64,000 nt of DNA from an uncultured bacterium (GCA_903824675.1 CAIJXV010000006.1:46695-110694), one strand, 5' to 3'; numbered from the stretch's first letter, positions 10,625-21,258 are shown. The notes: generated by a model not told the origin, from the sequence alone. Translations and numbers: made by a program.

Positions 10625-11688
10625 ACGTATTAATGGTCACGGGGGGGAGCGGATTTATTGGGAGCAATTTCATTCGCCATGTTTTCGAAGATACCGGCTT
10701 CCAAGGACGGGTGATCAATCTCGACTTGCTGACGTATGCCGGGAATCCTGAGAATCTTGCGGATTTGGCCGGGCGGGTGGGGGATCGGTATGTATTTGAG
10801 CGGGGCGACATTTGCGATCGAGAGGCGACGGGCCGGTTGATGGATCGGTACGACGTGGATACCGTGTGTCATTTTGCCGCCGAATCGCACGTGGACCGAT
10901 CCATTGTGGCGCCCGATGAATTTGTTCGGACGAATATTGTGGGAACCCATACCCTGCTGCAACTGGTTCGGGAACGGGCCGGCCGGATCGGCCGGTTCCA
11001 TCACGTCAGCACGGATGAGGTTTACGGGAGCCTGGGCGCGACCGGTTTGTTTACCGAGAGTACCCCGTATCATCCGAATAGCCCCTATTCGGCCTCCAAA
11101 GCCTCGTCGGACCATTTGGTGCGAGCCTACCATGCCACCTATGGCGTGCCGGTGACAATTTCCAACTGCTCGAACAACTACGGGCCGTATCATTTCCCTG
11201 AGAAACTGATCCCGCTGGTGATCTTGAATGCCCGGGCTGGGCGCCCCCTGCCGGTTTATGGGGACGGAATGCAGGTGCGGGACTGGCTGTATGTTCAGGA
11301 TCATGGTCGGGCCATCTGGACGTTGCTCGAAAAGGGGCAGGTGGGCGAAACCTATAACATCGGCGGCCGGTGTGAGATGCCCAACCTGCGGGTGGTGGAG
11401 ATGATTTGCGATCTATTGGACGAACGGTTGGGCTTATTGAAGGGGGCACCGCGTCGGAACCTGATCACGTTTGTCAAGGATCGCCCCGGGCATGATCGAC
11501 GGTATGCGATCGACAGCACCAAAATCGAACGCGAAACGGGGTGGCGTCCGGCGGAAACCTTCGACACCGGGTTGCGAAAAACGGTCGATTGGTATCTGGA
11601 GCATACCGCCTGGGTGGATCGGGTGATCAGCGGTGCCTATCAGGATTGGATTCGAAACCAGTATGGAACTGAAACGCGGTCAAAATGA
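10621..11688 (+). CDS. rmlB: dTDP-glucose 4,6-dehydratase
   Basis: [11 protein letters not shown] Rossmann motif and the [15 protein letters not shown] catalytic YxxxK region. 4-nt ATGA overlap with rmlD. Confidence 0.9.
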   Translation: MNVLMVTGGSGFIGSNFIRHVFEDTGFQGRVINLDLLTYAGNPENLADLAGRVGDRYVFERGDICDREATGRLMDRYDVDTVCHFAAESHVDRSIVAPDEFVRTNIVGTHTLLQLVRERAGRIGRFHHVSTDEVYGSLGATGLFTESTPYHPNSPYSASKASSDHLVRAYHATYGVPVTISNCSNNYGPYHFPEKLIPLVILNARAGRPLPVYGDGMQVRDWLYVQDHGRAIWTLLEKGQVGETYNIGGRCEMPNLRVVEMICDLLDERLGLLKGAPRRNLITFVKDRPGHDRRYAIDSTKIERETGWRPAETFDTGLRKTVDWYLEHTAWVDRVISGAYQDWIRNQYGTETRSK

Positions 11689-13058
11689 GCAATAAAACAA
11701 TCTTCTGTATCGGTGCGGGGTATGTCGGGGGGCCGACCATGGCCATGATTGCCCACAAATGCCCTGACTACAAGGTCATCGTGGGGGATATCGATGATGC
11801 CCGGATCCAGGCTTGGCAATCGGGCCAGCCGCCGATTTACGAGCCGGGCCTGGCAGAGTTGACCCGATCATCCATCGGTCGCAATTTGTTTTTCACGACC
11901 GATATCGCCAAGGGGATTCGGGATGCGGACATTATTTTTGTCTGCATCAACACTCCGACGAAGAGTTTTGGGATGGGCGCCGGTCGGGCGTCGGATCTCC
12001 AATATTGGGAAAAAACCGCGCGTGAAATTTTAGAGCATGCGACCACCGACAAGATCGTGGTGGAAAAAAGCACTTTGCCGGTGCGCACGGCCGAGGCCAT
12101 GGAGCGCATCCTGCGGTCGCGGGGGGGGAAGGTTCGTTTCGAAGTGCTCTCGAATCCGGAATTCCTGGCCGAAGGCACCGCCGTTCACGATTTGGAGATG
12201 CCGGATCGGGTTTTGATCGGTGGGCACGAAACCGAACAGGGCCAGGCCGCGGTTCGGGAATTGGCAAAAATCTATTCGCGCTGGATTCCCCAGGAACGGA
12301 TCCTGACAACGAATGTGTGGTCGAGTGAATTGTCAAAACTGGCGGCCAATGCCTTTCTTGCTCAGCGGATCAGTTCGATCAATAGCTTGTCCGCCCTGTG
12401 CGAAGAGACCGAAGCCGACATTAACGAGATCGCCCGCGCGATCGGGATGGACCAGAGGATTGGCGCGAAGTTTTTGAAGGCCGGGGTTGGATTTGGCGGA
12501 TCGTGTTTCAAAAAAGATATCCTCAACATGGTCTATCTCTGCGAATTTTATGGTTTGCAGGAGGTCGCCGATTACTGGGCGCATGTGGTGGAGATCAATG
12601 ACTACCAGGTCGATCGGTTTGTGCGGAACCTGCTGGTGCATTTATTCAATACCGTGGCGGACAAACGCATTGCCGTTTTGGGTTTTGCCTTCAAGGCCGA
12701 TACCGGGGATACCCGGGAAAGTCCGGCGATTCGGGTGTGCCGGAAATTGGTAGAAGAACGGGCCCGTTTGGTCATCAGTGATCCCCAGGCCCTGGAGAAT
12801 GCCCGACGCGATTTGGCGGATGTGGCCGACCGGATTGAGTTTGAACCCGATCCGTATGTGGCCACCCAGGATGCTCATGCCATTGCCCTGTTGACGGATT
12901 GGGCCGAGTACCGTCATCTCGATTACGAACGTATCTTCAAGGGAATGGTCCAGCCGGCCTTTGTGTTTGACGGGCGGAATTTGCTGGATCATCACAAACT
13001 CTACGAAATCGGATTCAACGTCTATCCCACCGGCAAGGCGCCGATGAGTCATTTATAA
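11685..13058 (+). CDS. ugd: UDP-glucose 6-dehydrogenase
   Basis: GAGYVGG N-terminus and the [10 protein letters not shown] catalytic-cysteine motif. 457 aa. ATGA overlap with rmlB. Confidence 0.9.
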   Translation: MSNKTIFCIGAGYVGGPTMAMIAHKCPDYKVIVGDIDDARIQAWQSGQPPIYEPGLAELTRSSIGRNLFFTTDIAKGIRDADIIFVCINTPTKSFGMGAGRASDLQYWEKTAREILEHATTDKIVVEKSTLPVRTAEAMERILRSRGGKVRFEVLSNPEFLAEGTAVHDLEMPDRVLIGGHETEQGQAAVRELAKIYSRWIPQERILTTNVWSSELSKLAANAFLAQRISSINSLSALCEETEADINEIARAIGMDQRIGAKFLKAGVGFGGSCFKKDILNMVYLCEFYGLQEVADYWAHVVEINDYQVDRFVRNLLVHLFNTVADKRIAVLGFAFKADTGDTRESPAIRVCRKLVEERARLVISDPQALENARRDLADVADRIEFEPDPYVATQDAHAIALLTDWAEYRHLDYERIFKGMVQPAFVFDGRNLLDHHKLYEIGFNVYPTGKAPMSHL

Positions 13059-13106
13059 CCCAAAACTCCGGCGGCGTGACGCCGATCAGAGGAAAAGGAG
13101 CGACGA

Positions 13107-14003
13107 ATGAAAGGTATTATTCTGGCCGGTGGATCAGGAACCCGGCTCTTTCCCATTACCCGGGCGGTCAGCAAACAATTGTTGCCCATCTATGACAAGC
13201 CGATGATTTATTATCCCTTGTCGGTTCTCATGCTGGCGGGCATTCGCGATATTCTGATCATTTCAACCCCGGAGGATTTGCCGCGGTTCGAAACCCTGTT
13301 GGGCGACGGGGCGGCCCTGGGGTTGCGATTCGAATATGCGGTCCAACCGCGGCCGGAAGGATTAGCCCAGGCGTTCATCATCGGGCGCTCGTTCATCGGG
13401 GACGGCCCGGTGGCCCTGGTGCTGGGGGATAATATCTTTTATGGCCATGGTCTTTCGCAGTTGTTGCGGAGGGCCGGAGACTTGCGCCAGGGCGGCCAGA
13501 TCTTCGGTTATTATGTCAGCGACCCAGAACGGTATGGGGTGGTGGAATTTGATCCGCACGGGACGGCCTTGAGTATCGAAGAAAAACCGACCCAGCCGAA
13601 ATCCAACTATGCGGTGCCGGGCCTGTATTTTTACGATTCCGAAGTCGTATCGATTGCCGCGGCCCTCAAACCGTCGCCCCGGGGAGAATTGGAAATCACC
13701 GATATCAACCGAGTTTATCTGGCGCGGAAAACGTTGCGGGTTGAATTGCTGGGGCGCGGTCTGGCTTGGTTGGATACGGGGACGCATGAGTCGCTCCTGC
13801 AGGCTTCCAACTTTGTGCAGACCATCCAGGAGCGACAGGGATTGAAGGTCGCCTGTATTGAAGAAATTGCCTTCCGTTCGGGTTTTATCGGGGTGGATCA
13901 ATTGAAACAGTTGGCCGAGCCGATGCGCAAGAACGAATATGGTCGCTATTTGATGAAATTAGCGGATCAACCCCATTTACTCGGGGATATTCGAGATTTT
14001 TAA
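13107..14003 (+). CDS. rmlA: Glucose-1-phosphate thymidylyltransferase
   Basis: [18 protein letters not shown] signature; 298 aa. Confidence 0.9.
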   Translation: MKGIILAGGSGTRLFPITRAVSKQLLPIYDKPMIYYPLSVLMLAGIRDILIISTPEDLPRFETLLGDGAALGLRFEYAVQPRPEGLAQAFIIGRSFIGDGPVALVLGDNIFYGHGLSQLLRRAGDLRQGGQIFGYYVSDPERYGVVEFDPHGTALSIEEKPTQPKSNYAVPGLYFYDSEVVSIAAALKPSPRGELEITDINRVYLARKTLRVELLGRGLAWLDTGTHESLLQASNFVQTIQERQGLKVACIEEIAFRSGFIGVDQLKQLAEPMRKNEYGRYLMKLADQPHLLGDIRDF

Positions 14004-14017
14004 GGGAGACGTTATAT

Positions 14018-14563
14018 ATGACGGAACTGGCAAAAATCACGGTGGGGCTGGGATCCCTGATCGTGCTCCTCCGGATGCCTTTTGTGCTGGCGCCCAGCCT
14101 GGCCCGGCAAGCCCTTTACGGTTTTCCCCGCAATCGGTGGGCGGCCGGATGTTTGGCGGCCATTGATCTGGGCTGGGTATCCTGGTTGTTGATGGGATTA
14201 CAACTGGGCTGGTTCGAGCCCTATAAGATGGCGCTGTACCTGATGGCCCCGGTGGCCTGGGTTTTACTGATGGTGTTCGTGGATGAATTGCTGGCCGTTC
14301 GGGCCCTCGGCGGACTGTTGATCCTGATTCCTTCGCCGGTGTTGGATGCCGCGCGCTGGCATCTTTCGCCGGGACGGTATGTGATGATTGTCCTGGCTTA
14401 TGTCATGGTCATTGTGGGCGTTGTTCTGGTCACGCAACCACACCGGTTTAAACGCGTGGCCCGGTTTTTTCTTCAGGACCGCGATGACTTGACCCGCTGG
14501 TTTGGCCTGGCCGGGGTAATCGTCGGAGCGCTGTTGGTGGTTTTGGGAATCGGCGTCTTTTAG
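14018..14563 (+). CDS. Small polytopic membrane protein, unknown function
   Basis: 181 aa with 4-5 hydrophobic segments, located in the glycan operon. Confidence 0.5.
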   Translation: MTELAKITVGLGSLIVLLRMPFVLAPSLARQALYGFPRNRWAAGCLAAIDLGWVSWLLMGLQLGWFEPYKMALYLMAPVAWVLLMVFVDELLAVRALGGLLILIPSPVLDAARWHLSPGRYVMIVLAYVMVIVGVVLVTQPHRFKRVARFFLQDRDDLTRWFGLAGVIVGALLVVLGIGVF

Positions 14564-14637
14564 GAGCTGTCCTTACGCGCTCCTCCCTCCCCCCGGCGAG
14601 GGGAAGGGCGGGGGTGAGGGGAGGACCGCCATTTGCT

Positions 14638-15591
14638 ATGGATCGAATTCGTAATCTATTGATCCTGCGTGGCGGTGCTTTAGGCGATTTTATTCTGACG
14701 CTTCCGGTCGTGTCTGCCTTACACCGTCATTTGCCGGCCATCACCATCGATCTGGCGTCCGATCCACGGTTTGCAGAATTAGCCATCGGGTCAGGATGGG
14801 TGCGGAAGGTGCATTCGTTGGATGCCGCGCTCATGGCCCAGATGTATGTTCCCGATGAAGCGCGGAATCCCGCCCTGGCAGATAGTTGGCGCGGATATGA
14901 TGCGGCCCTCTGTTATCTGGAGGATCCCGATCAGACCATCGCACACACCCTGGACGATGCCGGGATCCGACGGCGCGTATTTGTTTCACCCCGAAAGATC
15001 TGTGGGCATGCCATCGATCATTTCATGGGGGGGCTATGCTCGCTTGGCCTGGAAATGATAGCGGACGATTCCCTGGTATTGAATCTGCAGCCCAAAGGGA
15101 CGCGGTCTGCCCTCACGGTCCGGGTATCTCCACAAAGGCCTTTTTTTGTGATTCACCCGGGGAGCGGGAGCGCCCGGAAAAACTGGCCGCTGGATCGGTT
15201 TGTCCGCTTGGCCGAACGAATCCGGAATGAGAGGGCCCTTCTCCCCGTATTTCTTTTGGGCGAAGCTGAAGCCGGATTTGAAAATATTTTAAAGAAAACA
15301 TTGCCCTCCGCCTTATGTCTGACGGAGTTGGGGCTGTCAGACGTGGCTGCGGTTTTGAAACAGGCGCAATTTTATGTCGGAAACGATTCGGGCATCACCC
15401 ATTTGTCGGCCTCCCTGGGCGTGCCCACCTGGGCCTTATTCGGACCGACTGATCCGGAACAATGGGCGCCCCGGGGACGGCAGGTATACGTGGTGCGGTG
15501 TTCCGGTAATGGACTTCATTCGATGGAGGATATGTCCGACGATGCCGTCTGGCGGGCGCTCAAAATTGGAGATGGTTGTCCCCGGTCGTGA
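14638..15591 (+). CDS. GT9-family glycosyltransferase (LPS heptosyltransferase-like)
   Basis: LLILRGGALGDFILTLPV N-terminus, plus the GNDSG and FGPTDP motifs typical of ADP-heptose:LPS heptosyltransferases. ATG at 14638 has GGGAGGA upstream; the track start was GTG at 14614. Confidence 0.65.
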   Translation: MDRIRNLLILRGGALGDFILTLPVVSALHRHLPAITIDLASDPRFAELAIGSGWVRKVHSLDAALMAQMYVPDEARNPALADSWRGYDAALCYLEDPDQTIAHTLDDAGIRRRVFVSPRKICGHAIDHFMGGLCSLGLEMIADDSLVLNLQPKGTRSALTVRVSPQRPFFVIHPGSGSARKNWPLDRFVRLAERIRNERALLPVFLLGEAEAGFENILKKTLPSALCLTELGLSDVAAVLKQAQFYVGNDSGITHLSASLGVPTWALFGPTDPEQWAPRGRQVYVVRCSGNGLHSMEDMSDDAVWRALKIGDGCPRS

Positions 15592-15774
15592 GAAATGGCG
15601 AAGGATCGCCTTGTCCAGTGGCCGTCTTGGCCGTATCTCCGCTAACACCCCACAGAAGTTTCAGCAAAACGGAATATTCATAAAATGCCTTTATCTTATG
15701 TGTTGAAAATGGCGATGTGTGCGGCGATGTGCATAACTGGTTTCTTGACAAACATCTCAAGATAACTGTATTTC

Positions 15775-16308
15775 TTGCTCTGTGAGTGTTATTTTTATGG
15801 GGGTGCCGTGTCGAATATTTCAATTTCTATTTCCCTGATAGAGGATCTTAGTCAGGCATTGCAGGGAGGGGTGCTTGCATCTGCGCCCGCAATTCGGCAA
15901 GTGGCCTCGGCTGAAAGGCGCTGGCGACCTGATTTTGGCGATATTTTCTGGGGAGTATTGGCACGGTTCAATCGTCATCAGAAACACTACGGGATGGTTG
16001 CGGACGATCATCTGGAATGCCCGCCAGTCCGGGTTCCTGTCCAGGGCGAACGTCCGGCTGTGGTCTTCGCTCCCATCACTTCGCTTCGGAATTCCAATCC
16101 CAAAACGATGGTTTTGCCTCCCGGCACCTTGCCGGCTAAAAAAACCGGTAAAAACACCCATGCCGAGGTCAATTCCTATCTCCTTCTGGCCTTGCGCATG
16201 CTCGTGGGTGTGAAAACCGTTACCTCGCAATTCGAACGGGTACGGCGGTTGCCCGATAATTGCATACAAGATGCGCGCCGTGTTCTCAAACGGGATACCC
16301 TCAAATGA
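15775..16308 (+). CDS. Possible small leading ORF of the island operon (hypothetical)
   Basis: Its TGA stop overlaps the ATG at 16305 of the next gene in an ATGA arrangement, suggesting translational coupling. No recognisable motif and the start is uncertain. It could be non-coding leader sequence. Confidence 0.25.
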   Translation: MLCECYFYGGAVSNISISISLIEDLSQALQGGVLASAPAIRQVASAERRWRPDFGDIFWGVLARFNRHQKHYGMVADDHLECPPVRVPVQGERPAVVFAPITSLRNSNPKTMVLPPGTLPAKKTGKNTHAEVNSYLLLALRMLVGVKTVTSQFERVRRLPDNCIQDARRVLKRDTLK

Positions 16309-17399
16309 CTCAGTCTGACGTCGAAACATCCCGGTCTCTGCCGATACGTGCTTGGTTAGAACGACTTATTGACCACGGCGAGGTTGATGAGGTCTTTTAT
16401 GGAGTTTTGATCGAACAGGTTGGGTATATGACCCGGACAACGGCTAGACATATCCGGACAGAAACCACTGAAGATCTGGTTTCGCCGGAAGATTTGGCCG
16501 GCGATTTCCTGCTTCACTTAAAAGCGGAAAACAAGCGCGAAATTCAAACTTTGTCCGGGCTAAAAAGGGAGTTCTCCAAGTTTTTGACCGACCGGAACGA
16601 TCCCGAATCGAAGGAGCTTTGGGAGATCATCAGCGATGCTTTGCACCAGGGAGGGCGTGAAGGGTGGGCTCGGCGCTTGGATGACTTGCATAGTGAAAAG
16701 AATCATAACCAGGCCGTTTGGACATCGGCTTTGCCGGGATGTGATCAAAAAACGTTGGATTTGGCCCAATTCGAACAGAGGGCAAAAAAGATTCCCTGCT
16801 TTTATCCCGGCCGGACAGCGGGACGAATTCTCCCTCCGTCTGATGCGGTTGAATTGATAAGGCGCCTTTTGAAAGAAGCCCAAGTTCCGATTGTATTTAG
16901 CATTCTCTTTAACGAAGCCCGACGCCATGTAGTATTTGGACTCAGATGGGCGGAGGAACTTGGGGAGGAAAGTGAGGCCGAAGATGGCGAAAAACCTCAA
17001 ATCCAACATGCAGATCGAAGTTGGGAGGTGGTGCAATGGGCCAGGGAAGAATCGGCGGAAAGGGGTGATCGGATTTGGTGTGCCATCCAAGCCCTGAAAA
17101 CTGAAAAAGTGCTTTGCCTTTATATACTTCCCAAGCATTTTCTGGGACAGAAACCGACTTTGTCCGGTATGGGCGATTTCCGCCGGACCAGTGAAAATAG
17201 TCTAGAAATCATGTCGATTCTTGCGCAAGAGCTTAAAGTGGAACGACTTAAATCTGATGCGGCACATCAACGGCCTGATGTTATTGACGAGCAAGACGAT
17301 GATTTTATCAAAGCGTGGACGGTAATGATTCACTTTGTAGCCGAACGGCTTTTGGTGAAATGTTCGGAAAAAGGGTTCAACCCGGCCTTATCATCATAA
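16260..17399 (+). CDS. Hypothetical protein (gene A of island operon); acidic patches, no recognisable domain
   Basis: Long ORF of intermediate GC. An alternative start at 16305 (MTQSDVETS) is coupled to the upstream ORF. Glu/Asp-rich segments EEESEAEDGE and DEQDDD. Confidence 0.6.
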   Translation: MHTRCAPCSQTGYPQMTQSDVETSRSLPIRAWLERLIDHGEVDEVFYGVLIEQVGYMTRTTARHIRTETTEDLVSPEDLAGDFLLHLKAENKREIQTLSGLKREFSKFLTDRNDPESKELWEIISDALHQGGREGWARRLDDLHSEKNHNQAVWTSALPGCDQKTLDLAQFEQRAKKIPCFYPGRTAGRILPPSDAVELIRRLLKEAQVPIVFSILFNEARRHVVFGLRWAEELGEESEAEDGEKPQIQHADRSWEVVQWAREESAERGDRIWCAIQALKTEKVLCLYILPKHFLGQKPTLSGMGDFRRTSENSLEIMSILAQELKVERLKSDAAHQRPDVIDEQDDDFIKAWTVMIHFVAERLLVKCSEKGFNPALSS

Positions 17400-17413
17400 C
17401 GGGGGGATTTGAC

Positions 17414-18343
17414 GTGAAAAGTCAGCCTATTCGGCAATTAGAAGGATTATTGAACAGGGTATTGCCGTCCAAAGGCACTCTGGAATCTGTCGAAAACATA
17501 CAAAACATTGGTCCCGGACAAATGTGGTCGACGAAAGCCATCTTGGATTATCCGATTCATTTTGGGGAGCATGAACTGTTTTGGGTCCTGGTAGTTCAAT
17601 CCCGAGTAATGACGCTGAATAAAGAAAGGGTCCATTTGGTTGCCCCACTTTTATCCGATCCGCATCTGGCGGGACCAGAGGATATCATTTTGCCGAAAGA
17701 AATCATGGGGCATCGGGTGGCATTGGCGTGGGGCAGTCGGATAACGGTATTGGAGAAAAGTCTGGACCGGTGTGAGGGTAAACTCCCTAAAAAGTGGTGC
17801 GATGTTGTGGCGCAACTATCCGCAAATGTGGATTTTCATGTTCTCCGGACCTCCGGCATTGAAATGGGATTTGATTATCTGGACAACCATGATATCCGAT
17901 TTGCCTATCATGAGAACTTGGTGGACCGATTGAGTTACCTGCAATCGCCAGTTATACAGGTTGTCTGGCATGAACAAGCGGATGTGATCCGCATGGACAA
18001 ATGGTTCTCCCGAATAGAGCGGGCGAAATGCCAGTCCTTGGCTGCGGCGACGGGAAGTGCTTTCGAAGAAAGTCTCTATTACCGGGTAGTCGGCAAAAAA
18101 CTGGTCATCAAGGTTGTGCTGGCAAGCGACTGGACCCACGTTCAACTGTTGATCCTGAATGAGAAGGGGGAACTCGCCCCTGAACTGGATGGGTGCCAAG
18201 TGGTCAATACGGAAGGCAAGGCTGTCGGAAAGCCCATCAATGATGCGCAGGTATTAATCGATCTAAACGAAATGCGGTGGGGATGGAGTCTGGTGGACAA
18301 AGATGAGACGAGCCGTAAAATCGAGTATCTGCCAAGCCCATGA
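17414..18343 (+). CDS. Hypothetical protein (gene B of island operon)
   Basis: GTG at 17414 preceded by a GGGGGG SD 7 nt upstream; the track's earlier ATG at 17315 would overlap gene A. The stop TGA overlaps the ATG of gene C (ATGA). Confidence 0.55.
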   Translation: MKSQPIRQLEGLLNRVLPSKGTLESVENIQNIGPGQMWSTKAILDYPIHFGEHELFWVLVVQSRVMTLNKERVHLVAPLLSDPHLAGPEDIILPKEIMGHRVALAWGSRITVLEKSLDRCEGKLPKKWCDVVAQLSANVDFHVLRTSGIEMGFDYLDNHDIRFAYHENLVDRLSYLQSPVIQVVWHEQADVIRMDKWFSRIERAKCQSLAAATGSAFEESLYYRVVGKKLVIKVVLASDWTHVQLLILNEKGELAPELDGCQVVNTEGKAVGKPINDAQVLIDLNEMRWGWSLVDKDETSRKIEYLPSP

Positions 18344-20400
18344 AATTCCCTCCCTTCAGTTATGCCGCTTTACACGAAGAATTACGACTCCACCCTGACT
18401 CCGTATCCGTTTTTACGACAATGGAACTGAAGCACTTGACGCGGATTCCCCCTATCGATCATTCACTTGCCGAGGTGCTAACCGCCGAGGCCATCTATCG
18501 GGAATCAATCAGTCGGTTCTCGGGTGAGTTTATGAGCGAGATCGAGCGTTTGTCGTGCGTGGATGATTATCAACGCATTAAAACAGCCTGGGGTGTAAAA
18601 GGCGAACCCAAATTGGAACATTTCGGGGACTGTCTGCGGGGCCTGGTGTCGGATCCGGTCGCACAGAGAGCCGGAGAACGCCTAGCCACCTTTTGGATGG
18701 CCGACGGGTTGATTCCCGTAGTTTGTAAGCGAGCCGGTGCTTGCGAAGCAATCCCCATCCCGTTTTGTTTACGGTTTGAGACAAGTGTGCACCCGGGAGC
18801 GATTGATTTGGCGGAATGTCCGATTCCGAAATGGGAGCAGGGAGTCCGGGTTTTACGCAAAGAACTGAAGGAACCGGGATTGGTCATTCAAGTATTGCAT
18901 GCGTTGGGACCGCGCGTGAACAACTTGCATGGAAACAGCTTCCAGTTACCGGTTTGTCTGGCGTATGCCCAGAAAAAGGGACGGGTGTCCGGTCGGGAAG
19001 TATTTCACTTTTTGGCCACTGGGGCGGTAAGTGCCGGGTGTATTCGCAAGGTCGACGCACTGGATGAAAAGTTGATCTTGGCGCGGAAACTGGGGCTTGT
19101 CTTTGTGGGTCCGGGGCTGGCGGAGGGCGAGGGCTTGTTCCCGATACAATCTGGGGCTCCATTGATTGCCGTTTGGTCCGCTTTAGGACAAAACGCATTG
19201 AGCGTTGGGCGCGTCAGGATTACGGGGCCCGCGTTAATGGACCTGATCCGGTGTTTGAGGGATGATTTGCATAATGGTGCGGTTTCATTGAAGGACGCAT
19301 CCCGAAAATGGGCTGTTTATACCCGGTATCTGAGCAAACTGGAGGCGGATTCGCCCTACCGCCAGGAAGCTCAACTGGAGCTGGTGCTTTTGAAAGGGGT
19401 AATTCAAACCCATTCAGGAAGTGCGTCCAAAGCTGTTCGCAGCCTGGCAAAGGCGTTTAAAACTGCGATCACATCAGGTGTTGATAATTTAAGCCTGATC
19501 AAGTTGATGGCCCATCAGATTGTCGCCTTAACCGACATCGGTCGATTTGAAGCAGCTGAGGTTTGGGGTTGTCGCGCCCGCCGAGAGTTGGGAAAAAAAT
19601 TCCGAGGGAAGGCGGAGGACCGTATCCGAGCGAAAATGACGCTAAATGGCGTATTGGGAGGGCAGGTGTTTCTGCAAAAAGGCTTACTGAAGTCTGAATA
19701 TGCGTCCCAAAGCCGAGTAATGTTGGTAAAGGCGCTGGAAGATGCTTGTCACCTACGGGAAACCCGAGAAATTCTGCGGGACAGGGTGCAACTCTATTTA
19801 TGGGAAGCTCTTTATAGGCCGGCCGATGCCCTATTGAATTATAGGGGGGTGGAGCAAGATTTATTAAAAGTGACTCCTGACGACCGATGGATGGCGCATC
19901 AATATCTGAAACGGCATCGCTGGCTGGCGGCCTATCGCCTGATTTTAAGCGGACTGAAAACGGAAGGACAACCTGAAGAATGGGATCTTCCGGAACCTAT
20001 GGTGGGGCCAGCCGGTTGGATTCGAGCGACGGCCTTGAAATATAGAGCCACTTGGCGAGCACGGTTGGGCGACTATGTCGGGGCCAAGACCGATTTTGAT
20101 GCGAGTCTTGGGCCTTGGACGCACATGATCGGCAAAAGGCGAATCATCATTTGCCGGGAGCCCTTGATTAGGTTCATTTCAGGCACCATTGCACATGAAG
20201 CGTGTCGATCCTTATCCGACTCAAATGCCAGGGCGAGCCGAGAATACCGAGATATTGCCGACATGCTATTCGAAGGGTGCATTCCAGCCCGACTAAAGGG
20301 ACCATTTTCGGCTCGACAATGGCAGGTAATGAATGCAAAAGAGTGGGTAAATCGGTCGCAGCCTGTTCGGCCGGATTTGCGCTGCCAAATAGTCTATTGA
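18340..20400 (+). CDS. Protein with Lon-like (S16) Ser-Lys protease domain, no ATPase motif, long helical C-terminal region
   Basis: Residues ~198-255, HGNSFQLPVCLAYA...GREVFHFLATGAVSAGCIRKVDALDEKLILARKLGLVFVGP, align with the Lon proteolytic core DGPSAG...[36 protein letters not shown]. Ser200 is at nt 18937-18939 and Lys244 at nt 19069-19071. No Walker A in the protein. 686 aa. Confidence 0.6.
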   Translation: MKFPPFSYAALHEELRLHPDSVSVFTTMELKHLTRIPPIDHSLAEVLTAEAIYRESISRFSGEFMSEIERLSCVDDYQRIKTAWGVKGEPKLEHFGDCLRGLVSDPVAQRAGERLATFWMADGLIPVVCKRAGACEAIPIPFCLRFETSVHPGAIDLAECPIPKWEQGVRVLRKELKEPGLVIQVLHALGPRVNNLHGNSFQLPVCLAYAQKKGRVSGREVFHFLATGAVSAGCIRKVDALDEKLILARKLGLVFVGPGLAEGEGLFPIQSGAPLIAVWSALGQNALSVGRVRITGPALMDLIRCLRDDLHNGAVSLKDASRKWAVYTRYLSKLEADSPYRQEAQLELVLLKGVIQTHSGSASKAVRSLAKAFKTAITSGVDNLSLIKLMAHQIVALTDIGRFEAAEVWGCRARRELGKKFRGKAEDRIRAKMTLNGVLGGQVFLQKGLLKSEYASQSRVMLVKALEDACHLRETREILRDRVQLYLWEALYRPADALLNYRGVEQDLLKVTPDDRWMAHQYLKRHRWLAAYRLILSGLKTEGQPEEWDLPEPMVGPAGWIRATALKYRATWRARLGDYVGAKTDFDASLGPWTHMIGKRRIIICREPLIRFISGTIAHEACRSLSDSNARASREYRDIADMLFEGCIPARLKGPFSARQWQVMNAKEWVNRSQPVRPDLRCQIVY

Positions 20401-20409
20401 GGTTCAGCG

Positions 20410-21255
20410 ATGAAAGATCAGTCCGATCCCAAGGTGCTGGTGCCCGAAAGTTTTCGATTAGCATCAGACTACATGTATGGAATTGAGATTGCGTTGCGAG
20501 AATTGATCATCGAAGTAATGGATGCAGATCCAAGCCATGGTCGACTATGGTATCTAAAGTTGGAACCTGCACGTGACGTAGTGAAAAAGATGCGAGAAGC
20601 GAGAACCGATCAACTTCGCAACCGGCATATCCAATTCATCGCCTATCACCCCATCTATTACACGGATTTTCCCGATTTGCGAAAATTGTTTGAAAGTAGA
20701 CTTGTCTGGCCTCGATTTGAGCGATATTTATGGGGAAAAGAAGCATTTCTTGGCGACTTGGAAAAACTTGAACCAATTCGGAATTCGATAGCCCACCATC
20801 GTCCGGTTCCACATTCAACGGTCGAAATTATTGCTCCTGTATGGAATATGCTAAAAAATCGACTGGGTGAAGAGAAGATAAAACTCTGGGTACAGAGGCC
20901 GACGGTTGTTGAAAATATTAGGGAGAAATTAAACCACATCAACCAAGAAATTCACAAAACATGGGAAGTGATCTCCCAGAAAGAGTGCCAACTGCCGGAT
21001 ATATTAGAAGTCCGAGACTGTGTAGCTGCTTGGTGGTTCACACGGGAGTACTTGCTGCCAGATAAGGAAGAAATACCGGAATTTGATAGTATTTTAAAAT
21101 ATTTCAATAAATTGTCGGAATATAATCAAAACATTCCCTTCCATGAACGAGGATACGTCATCAAGATTCGCAAATGGGTCGGCGAAAACAAAATTGACGA
21201 ACTTGTTACTAATGCCGAATCCGTAATGGTGGAGGCCCTTAATGGCTGGGGGTGA
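20410..21255 (+). CDS. HEPN-domain protein, Abi_2 (AbiD/AbiF)- or Swt1-like
   Basis: LEPIRNSIAHHRPV contains the Rx4HH HEPN RNase motif (R124, H129, H130; nt 20779-20799). 281 aa, similar in size to Abi_2 proteins. AGG-rich SD upstream. Confidence 0.6.
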   Translation: MKDQSDPKVLVPESFRLASDYMYGIEIALRELIIEVMDADPSHGRLWYLKLEPARDVVKKMREARTDQLRNRHIQFIAYHPIYYTDFPDLRKLFESRLVWPRFERYLWGKEAFLGDLEKLEPIRNSIAHHRPVPHSTVEIIAPVWNMLKNRLGEEKIKLWVQRPTVVENIREKLNHINQEIHKTWEVISQKECQLPDILEVRDCVAAWWFTREYLLPDKEEIPEFDSILKYFNKLSEYNQNIPFHERGYVIKIRKWVGENKIDELVTNAESVMVEALNGWG

Positions 21256-21258
21256 AAG

